From the IMG/VR virus record IMGVR_UViG_3300042361_000388, positions 1 to 25,530 of that record: DNA of 25,530 nt; one strand, written 5' to 3'. Position 1 is the stretch's first letter, and each line of letters begins with the position of its first letter. This document shows positions 7,132-14,554 of this stretch, in pieces. The translations under genes and the position numbers were made by a program. The DNA comes from a virus (lineage: Duplodnaviria > Caudoviricetes). The notes below the pieces were generated by a model. The model saw only the letters and a list, made by a program, of their open reading frames with translations. It was not told where the DNA came from and made no database searches.

Positions 7132-7137
7132 GGGTTG

Positions 7138-7166
7138 AACGTGTAACACATTAGGGAGGCCGTCAA
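7138..7166 (-). promoter_or_regulatory. Promoter of cassette F
   Basis: TTGACG-17-CACGTT-6-GTG. Confidence 0.75.
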
Positions 7167-7176
7167 CACGTAAGGC

Positions 7177-7207
7177 AAAAAAAGAAGGGAGCCTTTCGGC
7201 CCCCTTC
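7177..7207 (-). terminator. Intrinsic terminator after the 407-aa gene
   Basis: GAAGGGGGCC-GAAA-GGCTCCCTTC-TTTTTTT. Confidence 0.88.
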
Positions 7208-7214
7208 GCTTTGC

Positions 7215-8438
7215 TTACCAGCCCCGCTCTTCCGCCAGTCTCAACAGGTCCCTTTGGTTGATACGGTGACAACCTATCAGGACGAACCCGTCGGCAACCT
7301 CTCGCATTTGGAACGGCCCGACGGCGACGGGAGGCTCGAACTTGTGGGCGTCCTTCCTGAGTTCTTCGGCGTGTCGGCGAAACACCCTTGAGGCAATCCC
7401 TTCGGGAACTCTCGCACCCCGTGACGTCGCAACCTCTTCGGCCTCTACCCTCAAAACCTCTCCCGTGTCGGCGAGAGCATCGGCCCCTTTAACCTCTTCG
7501 ACGATAAACCTGACGAATGATGTGAAGGAGTCGAACGCCGTGTGCTTCTTTCGGTCCTGAAGTTCTTCCCAGAAACTGCGGAACATCAGCCCCGCCTTCT
7601 TCGAGCCGTCAGAGAACACGGAGAACGGTGACGTCAGGTGCATCGGCATAACTCCCTGCCTCCACGCTTCCCGTCGGAACCTGAGTTCCTCTAGGCAAAC
7701 GTCCACGGCGTCCCGATATGATTCGCCGAACTGGTTGAGTTTACTGCGGACCGCTTGCACGCTATCATCTAATCGCTTCTGCCTAAGTTCTCCCTTACGT
7801 GCGTTGTAATCTTCGACACGTGCGACATATTCCTGAGCGGTCTTTCTGAACTTCTTCCCGACGTTGCGAAGTGCCTTGCTCACTCGCTTCTCTTCGCCGT
7901 CTCGCTGGTTGAGAACTTTCTGAAACCATTGTGCGGTTTTCAGGAGTTTATAGTTCCGCCAGATATCAATAACGCTTGCGGACCTGATTCGCTTGTTCCC
8001 GATGTGTTCGAGAAACTTCCCGATTTGCTTCGCAACGTCTTCGACGACGGAGTGGGAGAAGGAGAAGAAGGGGCCGTCAATCGGGAACGTTACGGCATAC
8101 CCTTGTTTAATCCTGTACTGGATGAACTCATCCACGGTCTTCCAGTCGAGTGTCGCTTCCGTCGGGCAAGGGATTTCAAGGGGAATCGAGCGGTAGAGGG
8201 CCCCCTTGTGCCGAGTCGAACTTACGGAGTAGGTTCGGGAGTTAATCAGGAAGACGGCGTTCCTGTTGACGTCGTCGAAAACCTTACGCTTTGCCAGCGT
8301 CGTCGAGTACGTGACAAGGCGGGTTTCGTCGCCGTCGGGAATGGAACTCACATTCCCGCTTACCATTTCTTTCTGCACCCCGTTCGCATAATTGTGAATC
8401 AGGGAAGTAATATTCTTTTGATGTTTTTTGATTTTCAT
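7215..8438 (-). CDS. Hypothetical protein, 407 aa
   Basis: Long ORF with ATG preceded by an AC-rich leader (GCACAACCAC), with its own promoter and terminator. Confidence 0.85.
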   Translation of the reverse strand: MKIKKHQKNITSLIHNYANGVQKEMVSGNVSSIPDGDETRLVTYSTTLAKRKVFDDVNRNAVFLINSRTYSVSSTRHKGALYRSIPLEIPCPTEATLDWKTVDEFIQYRIKQGYAVTFPIDGPFFSFSHSVVEDVAKQIGKFLEHIGNKRIRSASVIDIWRNYKLLKTAQWFQKVLNQRDGEEKRVSKALRNVGKKFRKTAQEYVARVEDYNARKGELRQKRLDDSVQAVRSKLNQFGESYRDAVDVCLEELRFRREAWRQGVMPMHLTSPFSVFSDGSKKAGLMFRSFWEELQDRKKHTAFDSFTSFVRFIVEEVKGADALADTGEVLRVEAEEVATSRGARVPEGIASRVFRRHAEELRKDAHKFEPPVAVGPFQMREVADGFVLIGCHRINQRDLLRLAEERGW

Positions 8439-8461
8439 GTGGTTGTGCGATGTGCGTCCTT

Positions 8462-8490
8462 AAAATCGGAAGGACTGGGAGGGCTGTCAA
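8462..8490 (-). promoter_or_regulatory. Promoter for the 407-aa gene
   Basis: TTGACA-17-GATTTT. The -35 overlaps the upstream gene's TGA stop. Confidence 0.65.
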
Positions 8491-8786
8491 TAGTCTTTCC
8501 AATCTTTTGCCAGTTCCTCCCGAATGGGGGCGTCTCGGTTCAACCGCTCGACCACGGCGTCGGCGAGACGCTCCCAGCCGTCAGGGGTCAAGCCATTCAG
8601 GGGGCCGTCAGGCCCGACGGTTTCCCCCTTGCGTTCGGCGTCCGTCAGGAGAACGGAGACGAAAGTTGCTTCCTTCCCGAAGTGCGAAGACTCGACGACG
8701 TAACAGGCTGACCCGCTGACGGTGTATTCCGTACTCCCTTCGAAGGGTACGGAGAGACGACGGAAGACGAAAAAAGGGAGGCTCAT
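8487..8786 (-). CDS. Hypothetical protein, 99 aa
   Basis: ATGA overlap with the upstream gene and tight tiling. Confidence 0.7.
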   Translation of the reverse strand: MSLPFFVFRRLSVPFEGSTEYTVSGSACYVVESSHFGKEATFVSVLLTDAERKGETVGPDGPLNGLTPDGWERLADAVVERLNRDAPIREELAKDWKDY

Positions 8787-9115
8787 TTCTGAGCCTCCTT
8801 TGCTTCTTCGGGAGTGGGCAACAGGGGTTGCACCGTTTCGGCGAACTCCTGCTTCGCAAGTATTGCCATATCGAACTCACTCTTCGCATAAACACGGACC
8901 GAATGAATCGAAGGGTAGACGCAAATCTCCGTGAACTGAATCGTGAGGAGAGGACGCTTGTCGGCGTCGAACGTCTTCTCATGTTCCAAGCGTTCGATTT
9001 TTGCGGTCCGCAACGCTTCGGTTGCGGTTTCGCACAACTGGAACCTTATGACAAGGCTGTCGCTATAAGAACTCTTGTGCATCATGATGACCTGATATTT
9101 GTCGGGGAACTTCAT
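8783..9115 (-). CDS. Hypothetical protein, 110 aa (MKFPDKYQV...)
   Basis: Start reassigned to ATG 9115, just after the stop of the upstream gene. Confidence 0.72.
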   Translation of the reverse strand: MKFPDKYQVIMMHKSSYSDSLVIRFQLCETATEALRTAKIERLEHEKTFDADKRPLLTIQFTEICVYPSIHSVRVYAKSEFDMAILAKQEFAETVQPLLPTPEEAKEAQK

Positions 9116-9129
9116 ATGTTTTAGGGAGA

Positions 9130-9369
9130 TTAGGAGTTGGAAATCTGGTGGAGACTGTCGGCGAGTTTGCCGACTGCCTGATGTGCCTGTTCGAGACGGG
9201 CCGCTAGGGACAAGACTTCGGCGTGCAGGATATCGGCACGGCGGAACTGGTCCGACGGGCGGCATTTGTCCCAATTAAGGGCCATGATGCCGTCGGGCGT
9301 GCAATGCTTCATTACGGCATCGTGGGCCTTCTGTTTACGTTCTTCGGTATAGGTTTCGGGGATACGCAT
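9130..9369 (-). CDS. Hypothetical protein, 79 aa (MRIPETY...)
   Basis: ATG 9369 with CCACAACC leader, TTGACA at 9415-9410. Confidence 0.7.
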   Translation of the reverse strand: MRIPETYTEERKQKAHDAVMKHCTPDGIMALNWDKCRPSDQFRRADILHAEVLSLAARLEQAHQAVGKLADSLHQISNS

Positions 9370-9411
9370 GGTTGTGGAGGGAATTGGGTTGTAATACGGT
9401 GTGGGCACGTG

Positions 9412-9621
9412 TCAAGCGTTGTTTACGGGCGTCTCGCCGTCCATCTGGAGTCCGCCGACGTCGGGCATCGGGATGTAGATGAACTCAGGCAGGGGCGGGA
9501 GCGTGCCGTTCGCTTTCTGCTTCACGTACTCTTCCCGTTCCTTACGGCGGGCGAGACGCTGGGCGGACGCTTCGGCCTGTTTCTTGTTCGCTTCGATACG
9601 GTCTTGTTTGGATTTTCTCAT
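9412..9621 (-). CDS. Hypothetical basic protein, 69 aa (MRKSKQDR...)
   Basis: ATG 9621 with AACAACCAC leader, TTGACG at 9674-9669. Confidence 0.7.
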   Translation of the reverse strand: MRKSKQDRIEANKKQAEASAQRLARRKEREEYVKQKANGTLPPLPEFIYIPMPDVGGLQMDGETPVNNA

Positions 9622-9670
9622 GTGGTTGTTAGGGGGAGGAGAGATAGGAGAATGCTGGGGGAGGACAACG

Positions 9671-9898
9671 TCAACCCTTTTTTGCATGGAACTTGAAGCC
9701 GATGTTCGAAGGCGAGTTCGAGTCCAGCCATAGGCATAGGTCCGCATAATGGGCCCTGTAGGTCGAGGCAATCTGCCATGCGGGGGAACCGCCTTCTCTC
9801 TTGTGCATCTGGTCCTGCCAGTACTGCATACGCTGGTAGGCCCTGCTATAGAGGGCATAGAAGTATTTGTTTTCGGGCGTCAGTTGGTTGTTGGACAT
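9671..9898 (-). CDS. Hypothetical protein, 75 aa (MSNNQLT...)
   Basis: ATG 9898 downstream of TTGACG at 9936-9931. Confidence 0.65.
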   Translation of the reverse strand: MSNNQLTPENKYFYALYSRAYQRMQYWQDQMHKREGGSPAWQIASTYRAHYADLCLWLDSNSPSNIGFKFHAKKG

Positions 9899-9932
9899 AG
9901 GACCGTCAGGCGTATCACGGCCCACCCTGACG

Positions 9933-10202
9933 TCAAGACTTTTTGGACCTGAGGGCAACCGAACGGGCTATATGCACGTCGTTATTCAGCACGCCCAGCA
10001 GGGGCATCTCCAGCGAGTCGAGGAACTTGCGTTCCCTGATGATGCCAGATTGACCGATTGCCTCCTCGACGACGGCTGACTCGAAGACGGCTTCGTCTCC
10101 TCCTTCGTCCTTCTCGACGGTGTAATGAACTTTTGCATATAAGACGTACTCCCTGCCGTCGTGCCTGAGCCTGAAGTTATTGAGGTTGTGCGTATGCGTC
10201 AT
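9933..10202 (-). CDS. Hypothetical protein, 89 aa
   Basis: ATGA overlap with the upstream HTH gene. Confidence 0.7.
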   Translation of the reverse strand: MTHTHNLNNFRLRHDGREYVLYAKVHYTVEKDEGGDEAVFESAVVEEAIGQSGIIRERKFLDSLEMPLLGVLNNDVHIARSVALRSKKS

Positions 10203-10669
10203 TTCTTTTCTTCAACGTCTATAATAATCGGGGCCTTCTCGCCCTTCAGCATCATGTTTATGTCTTCGTGGGATACCCGTAAACGATGTTCTACCACCGT
10301 GGTCGGGGCGTCCTGTAGGGCCAGCACCTTGTCGGTCATGATTGCAATCGCTATCGGCAGTTGCCCAGCGGGGATGTTCTCTATCTCCGTCAGGAGCCTG
10401 TTGCTACCCTTCGAGACTATCTGCGAGAGCAGGGACGCCGTGTTCTTCTTCCACGTGCCTAGGTTGAACTTCCCTGCGTCCTCCTCGTCCTTACGTATGG
10501 CTATCACGGACTGCTTTGAGACTTCGGCCTGACGAGCCACCTCGTTCGTGCCGACGCCGTCGTGCAGGAGGTCAAGCACCTTCTTCCGCTTCTCCTTCGG
10601 GATGTTCTTGCCGTTGCATTGCACGGACGGGTTCGTGGACAGCCTATCGGGTTTAGATTCGTATTCCAT
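10199..10669 (-). CDS. HTH DNA-binding protein, possible terminase small subunit
   Basis: N-terminal HTH (KVLDLLHDGVGTNEVARQAEVSKQSV), then a helical segment GQLPIAIAIMTDKVLALQDAPTTVVEHR and a beta-strand-like tail. This is TerS-like architecture. Confidence 0.6.
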   Translation of the reverse strand: MEYESKPDRLSTNPSVQCNGKNIPKEKRKKVLDLLHDGVGTNEVARQAEVSKQSVIAIRKDEEDAGKFNLGTWKKNTASLLSQIVSKGSNRLLTEIENIPAGQLPIAIAIMTDKVLALQDAPTTVVEHRLRVSHEDINMMLKGEKAPIIIDVEEKK

Positions 10670-10725
10670 TTTTCATAACTAAAGGATTGACAGCAGGAAT
10701 GCAAATGGCATTTCCCACCGCCCTC

Positions 10726-10884
10726 ATGATTCCGTTCCTGTACGTCGCTGGCCTGTGCCTTGCTGGGTTCTATCTGCTGGTCTATGCAATCGTCTTTATA
10801 CGCCTCTTGCTGGGGCACGGCGACGAGGTGCTGGACAGCCAGCGTAAAGAGCGTATTAGGTTACGGAATGCGTATAAAGACTAA
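10726..10884 (+). CDS. Small membrane protein, ~52 aa
   Basis: Hydrophobic run FLYVAGLCLAGFYLLVYAIVFI. TTGACA at 10687-10692 upstream. Start uncertain. Confidence 0.55.
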   Translation: MIPFLYVAGLCLAGFYLLVYAIVFIRLLLGHGDEVLDSQRKERIRLRNAYKD

Positions 10885-11239
10885 GGATATTCCTGCCCTT
10901 CGTGAGAGACTGATTTCTGAGCAGGGCGACGTGTGCCCGTTGTGCCACGGCCCTCTCAGGGATTCGAACCCGTGCCTAGACCACGACCATACCGACGGCA
11001 ACGTCAGGGGCGTGCTGTGCGGGAACTGCAACGGCATCGAGGGAAAGATTCACAACCTCGTCAGGCGGGGCCGACGTGCGTTGGGGAAATCCGAATACGT
11101 GACGCATATCCTGAACTACTGGAAGAAGCACGCCGACAGCCCTATGCCCATCCTGCACCCGACGCACAGAACCACCGACGAGAAGAGGTTGGCGAAGAAC
11201 GCACGGGCTAGAAAGCGACGGGCCAAAAATAAGGGTTGA
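10868..11239 (+). CDS. Recombination endonuclease VII family nuclease
   Basis: CPLC...LDHDH..GNVRGVLCGNCN His-Me finger with Zn-binding cysteines. Confidence 0.9.
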   Translation: MRIKTKDIPALRERLISEQGDVCPLCHGPLRDSNPCLDHDHTDGNVRGVLCGNCNGIEGKIHNLVRRGRRALGKSEYVTHILNYWKKHADSPMPILHPTHRTTDEKRLAKNARARKRRAKNKG

Positions 11240-11280
11240 CAGTTGTGATACGCCTGTAATCGTGGGCGTCCCTCACCAAC

Positions 11281-12081
11281 ATGAAGCACATCAATCCTGA
11301 CAATACTACTGGCAAGGCTTTCGCTGGCATGCCAGACCCTGAATACCGTTCCGCCGAAGGTCTGAGCAACTCGATGCTCAAGGAGTTCCGACGGACGCCA
11401 GCCCACTACAAGGCCAGCCTCAGCCAGCCTCACAAGGACACCAAGGCCCTGAACTTCGGGACCGCCCTGCACAGCATGGTCCTGACGCCTGAACTCGACG
11501 GCGTGGTCGTCTCGCCTGAGTACGACGCTCGCACTACCGCTGGCAAGGCCATCCGTGACGAGTTCAAGGCCAAGTCCGTAGGCAAGACCGTCGTGACCGC
11601 CGAAGAGCACGCCCAGTTGGTCGGCATGCTGGACTCCATCATGATGCACCCGAAGGCCCGTTCCATCATCGAGGGCTGTGCGTACAAGGAACTCAGCCTG
11701 TTCACGAAACTGAAGAACGTCGCATGCAAAGGTCGCATGGACTTGGTGGACGTCGGCAACGGAATCATCGGGGACCTGAAGTCGTGCGAAGACGCCAGCG
11801 TCGAAGGCGTCAGGAAGTCGATTCGCAACTATGGTTATGACTTCCAGAACGTGCATTATGAGAAGTTGTTCGAAGAGTGCTTCCAGCGTAAACTTCAGGC
11901 GTTCGAGTTCATCTTCGTGGAGAAGGAACCGCCGTTCGCAGTAGCCGTTTATCGCATCGGAGATATCACGCTCGACAGGGCTCGCAACGAGTGGGACGCC
12001 CTGATGAACAAGTTCGACGTGTGCTCGACTGGCGACGTCTGGCCCTGCTACAGCACGAACACCGTCACCGTCGAAGTCTAA
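11281..12081 (+). CDS. RecE/Exonuclease VIII-like PD-(D/E)XK nuclease (DUF3799-type)
   Basis: YxxxxGLSNSMLK, FGTALHSMVL, CKGRMD, DLKS, YGYDFQ..HY, FIFVEKEPP motifs. Confidence 0.88.
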   Translation: MKHINPDNTTGKAFAGMPDPEYRSAEGLSNSMLKEFRRTPAHYKASLSQPHKDTKALNFGTALHSMVLTPELDGVVVSPEYDARTTAGKAIRDEFKAKSVGKTVVTAEEHAQLVGMLDSIMMHPKARSIIEGCAYKELSLFTKLKNVACKGRMDLVDVGNGIIGDLKSCEDASVEGVRKSIRNYGYDFQNVHYEKLFEECFQRKLQAFEFIFVEKEPPFAVAVYRIGDITLDRARNEWDALMNKFDVCSTGDVWPCYSTNTVTVEV

Positions 12082-12082
12082 C

Positions 12083-12736
12083 ATGGACCGCCCGAAGTTC
12101 ACGGGAGTCTGGATTCCCGCTCAGGTCTTCCAGTCCGAACTGTCCAACACCGCTAAACTGCTCTACGGGGTAGTGGCGGGTCTGGACGGTGAGGATGGGT
12201 GCTATGCCTCCAACGCCTACCTCCAAGCCCACCTGAACCAGAATGAGCGGTCCATTCAGGTCCTGCTGAAGCAACTCGAAGACGCTGGCCTCATCGTCAG
12301 GGAAGAGGTCAACGGAAAACGCATCATCCGCACCGTGGAAGGCATCGCCCTCAAGGGGTGCAAAAATCTGCGGGGGGGGGTGCAAAAAAATACGGGGGAG
12401 GGGTGCAAAAAAATGCACCCATATAGTAAAGTAGATAAAAAAGAAGATAAAGATACAACACAGGAACAGGCTTGGATTGTGCGTCTTCCTTTTGGTTCTC
12501 AGGCATTTCTGGAGGCTTGGAAGTCTTGGGTTGCCTACCGTAAGCAAATCCGACGCAAACTGACTGACGCCAGCGTACAGGCCCAATGCAAGGACTTTGC
12601 CACGTGGGGCGAGAGCAAGTCCATCACCGCTATCGAGCAGTCCATCAAGCAGGGCTGGCAGGGCCTGTTCGAACCCAACAGGTCGAACGCCAACACAAAG
12701 CCCTTGACAGCCAACGACCACAATCAAGGATTCTGA
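12083..12736 (+). CDS. Phage replication initiator protein (N-terminal wHTH)
   Basis: ELSNTAKLLYG..CYASNAYL..SIQVLLKQLEDAGLI, C-terminal AWxxWVAYRK..IEQSIKQGWQGLF. Directly upstream of a DnaC-like gene. Confidence 0.85.
   Translation: MDRPKFTGVWIPAQVFQSELSNTAKLLYGVVAGLDGEDGCYASNAYLQAHLNQNERSIQVLLKQLEDAGLIVREEVNGKRIIRTVEGIALKGCKNLRGGVQKNTGEGCKKMHPYSKVDKKEDKDTTQEQAWIVRLPFGSQAFLEAWKSWVAYRKQIRRKLTDASVQAQCKDFATWGESKSITAIEQSIKQGWQGLFEPNRSNANTKPLTANDHNQGF
12355..12460 (+). repeat. Iterons plus A-rich tract: probable replication origin within the initiator gene
   Basis: GGGGTGCAAAAA at 12355, 12377 and 12400, inverted TGCACCC at 12414-12420, followed by an A-rich run. Confidence 0.75.
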
Positions 12737-12737
12737 C

Positions 12738-13415
12738 ATGAGCGATATCGCATGCCATTGTGGGAAACGTGGAGCCCTGTTCGCCAGACAGGACAGGACG
12801 CTGGTTCGCTGGCATCATTGCCGTGAGCATCTTGACAAGGAGCGGGTAGCCAGCGAGGGCCTGACGGACAGCAAGGCCCCGCCGTCGATGCCGAGCGTGT
12901 TCCTTGACACCAAGGTCGAACTCCTGCACCCGAAGATTCAGGCGTCCTTGGACTGGCGTCCTCAGGGCGACGTCAGCGGACTGCTGTACCACGGCACGAC
13001 TGGCGTCGGCAAGACCAGAGGCATCTGGGAGGTCGTCAGGCGTATGTGGGAGGAGCACGCCAAGCGTGACAAGCAACTGAACTATACCTTCCTGACGATG
13101 CGTAAACTCGAAGGCATCATCGAGGCTGGGTTCGACACGAAGACCCACAACAAGGAAATCGACAAACTCATCTCCTGCGGTCTGCTGGTCCTTGACGACC
13201 TAGGCAAGGAGCGTCTGACGAACCGCATGGCCTCCGACCTGTTCGCCATCATCGACGAGCGTAGCACGTCCCGCAACCCGACCATCATCAGCACGAACTT
13301 CAACGGCTCCGCCTTCCTTGACCGCTTCGATGGCAAGGACAAGGAGACTGGAGCCGCCATCATCCGACGCCTGAGAGATTATTATAAGGCTGTCGGAATT
13401 GGGCTTGACAACTGA
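12738..13415 (+). CDS. DnaC/IstB-like AAA+ helicase loader
   Basis: Walker A GTTGVGKT, Walker B LLVLDDLGKE, IIDER...TIISTN, RRL. Confidence 0.9.
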   Translation: MSDIACHCGKRGALFARQDRTLVRWHHCREHLDKERVASEGLTDSKAPPSMPSVFLDTKVELLHPKIQASLDWRPQGDVSGLLYHGTTGVGKTRGIWEVVRRMWEEHAKRDKQLNYTFLTMRKLEGIIEAGFDTKTHNKEIDKLISCGLLVLDDLGKERLTNRMASDLFAIIDERSTSRNPTIISTNFNGSAFLDRFDGKDKETGAAIIRRLRDYYKAVGIGLDN

Positions 13416-13435
13416 TTAGGCCCAATGAATATGCA

Positions 13436-13511
13436 CCTGTTGTCATTCGTGGTTGTGTGACTCCACAGGGGTGGGTCGGAGAAATCTGACCCGCCCTTCC
13501 TCTTTCCTCTT
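13436..13511 (+). ncRNA. Candidate small RNA ending in an intrinsic terminator
   Basis: TTGACA at 13405-13410 and GAATAT at 13427-13432 upstream. No + strand ORF. Terminator GGGTGGGTCGGA-GAAA-TCTGACCCGCCC-TTCCTCTTT at 13469-13505. Confidence 0.5.
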
Positions 13512-13550
13512 GACCCGTATTACCATTTTCCCATAACCCGACTTCCACCC

Positions 13551-13718
13551 ATGAAAACCAAGATTACCGCAATCCGCACCAACAACGAGGCAATGCTCAC
13601 CGTCCGCATGCCATCCAGCACGTTCAAGAAACTGACGGCCCGTGCCAAGTCCAGCGACTTCGCCACCCGTTCGGACCTCGTCAGGTCCCTCATCGAACGC
13701 TTTTTGAAGACCGTGTGA
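13551..13718 (+). CDS. Ribbon-helix-helix (CopG/Arc-like) regulator, 55 aa, below the ORF-track cutoff
   Basis: MKTKITAIRTNNEAMLTVRMPSSTFKKLTARAKSSDFATRSDLVRSLIERFLKTV. TTGACC at 13510-13515 upstream. Confidence 0.8.
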   Translation: MKTKITAIRTNNEAMLTVRMPSSTFKKLTARAKSSDFATRSDLVRSLIERFLKTV

Positions 13719-13761
13719 TTTGTTGTTGACAACCAGTAAGACACGGTAAAACCTATCTCCC

Positions 13762-14535
13762 ATGTATCCTCTCAACATCCATTCCTACACCGCCATGACC
13801 CCCGAAAATACCGAAGCCCAAACCAAACTGTACAAGGCCCTCGTCAACTTCATCGCCGAGACGACTGACATTCAGGCCGACGACTACAACCCGCACTTCC
13901 GCTCGAAGTTCGCCAGCCTCTCCATGCACCTCAAGGTGCTGAAGCCCATCGCCAAGAAGCACGGCCTCGCCATCGTCCAGATGCCCATCGGCGACGAGTA
14001 CGGCGTCGGGGTACGCACGACCATCGTGCATACCGACGGCGGCGTCATGTCCGCCGACGCCATCGTCCCCTCCGAGCGTGGCATGCAGGGCCAGCACGCT
14101 GGGGCCATCTACTCCTACCTCCGTCGCTATGCCCTCGCCTCCGTGTGCGGTTGTGCCACCGACGACGACGATGCCGAAACTGACCGTCAGATTAAGACGA
14201 CGTCCAAGCCCTCTGCCAGCCCCGCCACGGCTCAGCCCGTGAAGAAGGCGGTCAGCACCCAGTCCGCTCCTGCCAGCGGCTCCAACGCCTCGTTCGTGGT
14301 TCCTTTCGGCGACGCCAAGGGCGTGGCCCTGTCGGAACTTCCCCTGCGTTCGACGGACAAGTCCAAGAAGTGTGCCGACCTGAACTACTGGGCCAACGTC
14401 TGGGAGCCCCGTCCGTTCGGCGACAGCGGTAAGATTTCCGCCAAGGACCTTGCGACCAAGGCTGAAGCCCAGCGTCTCTGGTCCTCCGCCAACGGCCCTC
14501 AGGAAGACGCCCCGTCCGACGAAGTCCCCTTCTAA
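13762..14535 (+). CDS. erf: ERF-family single-strand annealing protein
   Basis: NPHFRSKFASL, KKHGLAIVQ, TTIVHTDG, QHAGAIYSYLRRYALASVCG..DDDDA. SSB-like acidic tail SDEVPF. Start may be 13795. Confidence 0.88.
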   Translation: MYPLNIHSYTAMTPENTEAQTKLYKALVNFIAETTDIQADDYNPHFRSKFASLSMHLKVLKPIAKKHGLAIVQMPIGDEYGVGVRTTIVHTDGGVMSADAIVPSERGMQGQHAGAIYSYLRRYALASVCGCATDDDDAETDRQIKTTSKPSASPATAQPVKKAVSTQSAPASGSNASFVVPFGDAKGVALSELPLRSTDKSKKCADLNYWANVWEPRPFGDSGKISAKDLATKAEAQRLWSSANGPQEDAPSDEVPF

Positions 14536-14554
14536 TCCCAACTGAACCACGAAC

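Larger units (their letters stand above)
4535..7134 (-). repeat. Six dispersed copies of a ~80-nt structured 5' element (A 4535-4611, B 5053-5129, C 5545-5624, D 6037-6113, E 6648-6724, F 7057-7134)
   Basis: Consensus GTGGAACCTAwCAACCACGGGGA, then ~7-10 nt, a hairpin with TCTCCCC loop, and a GCCGA..TCGGC hairpin. Confidence 0.9.

Noticed and set aside
4104-7207. CRISPR array or integron interpretation of the repeats
   Set aside because: Spacing is 400-600 bp with whole genes between repeats. There are no cas or intI genes in the window, and I saw no attC-type RYYYAAC/GTTRRRY ends. The repeats resolve into terminator, promoter and leader.
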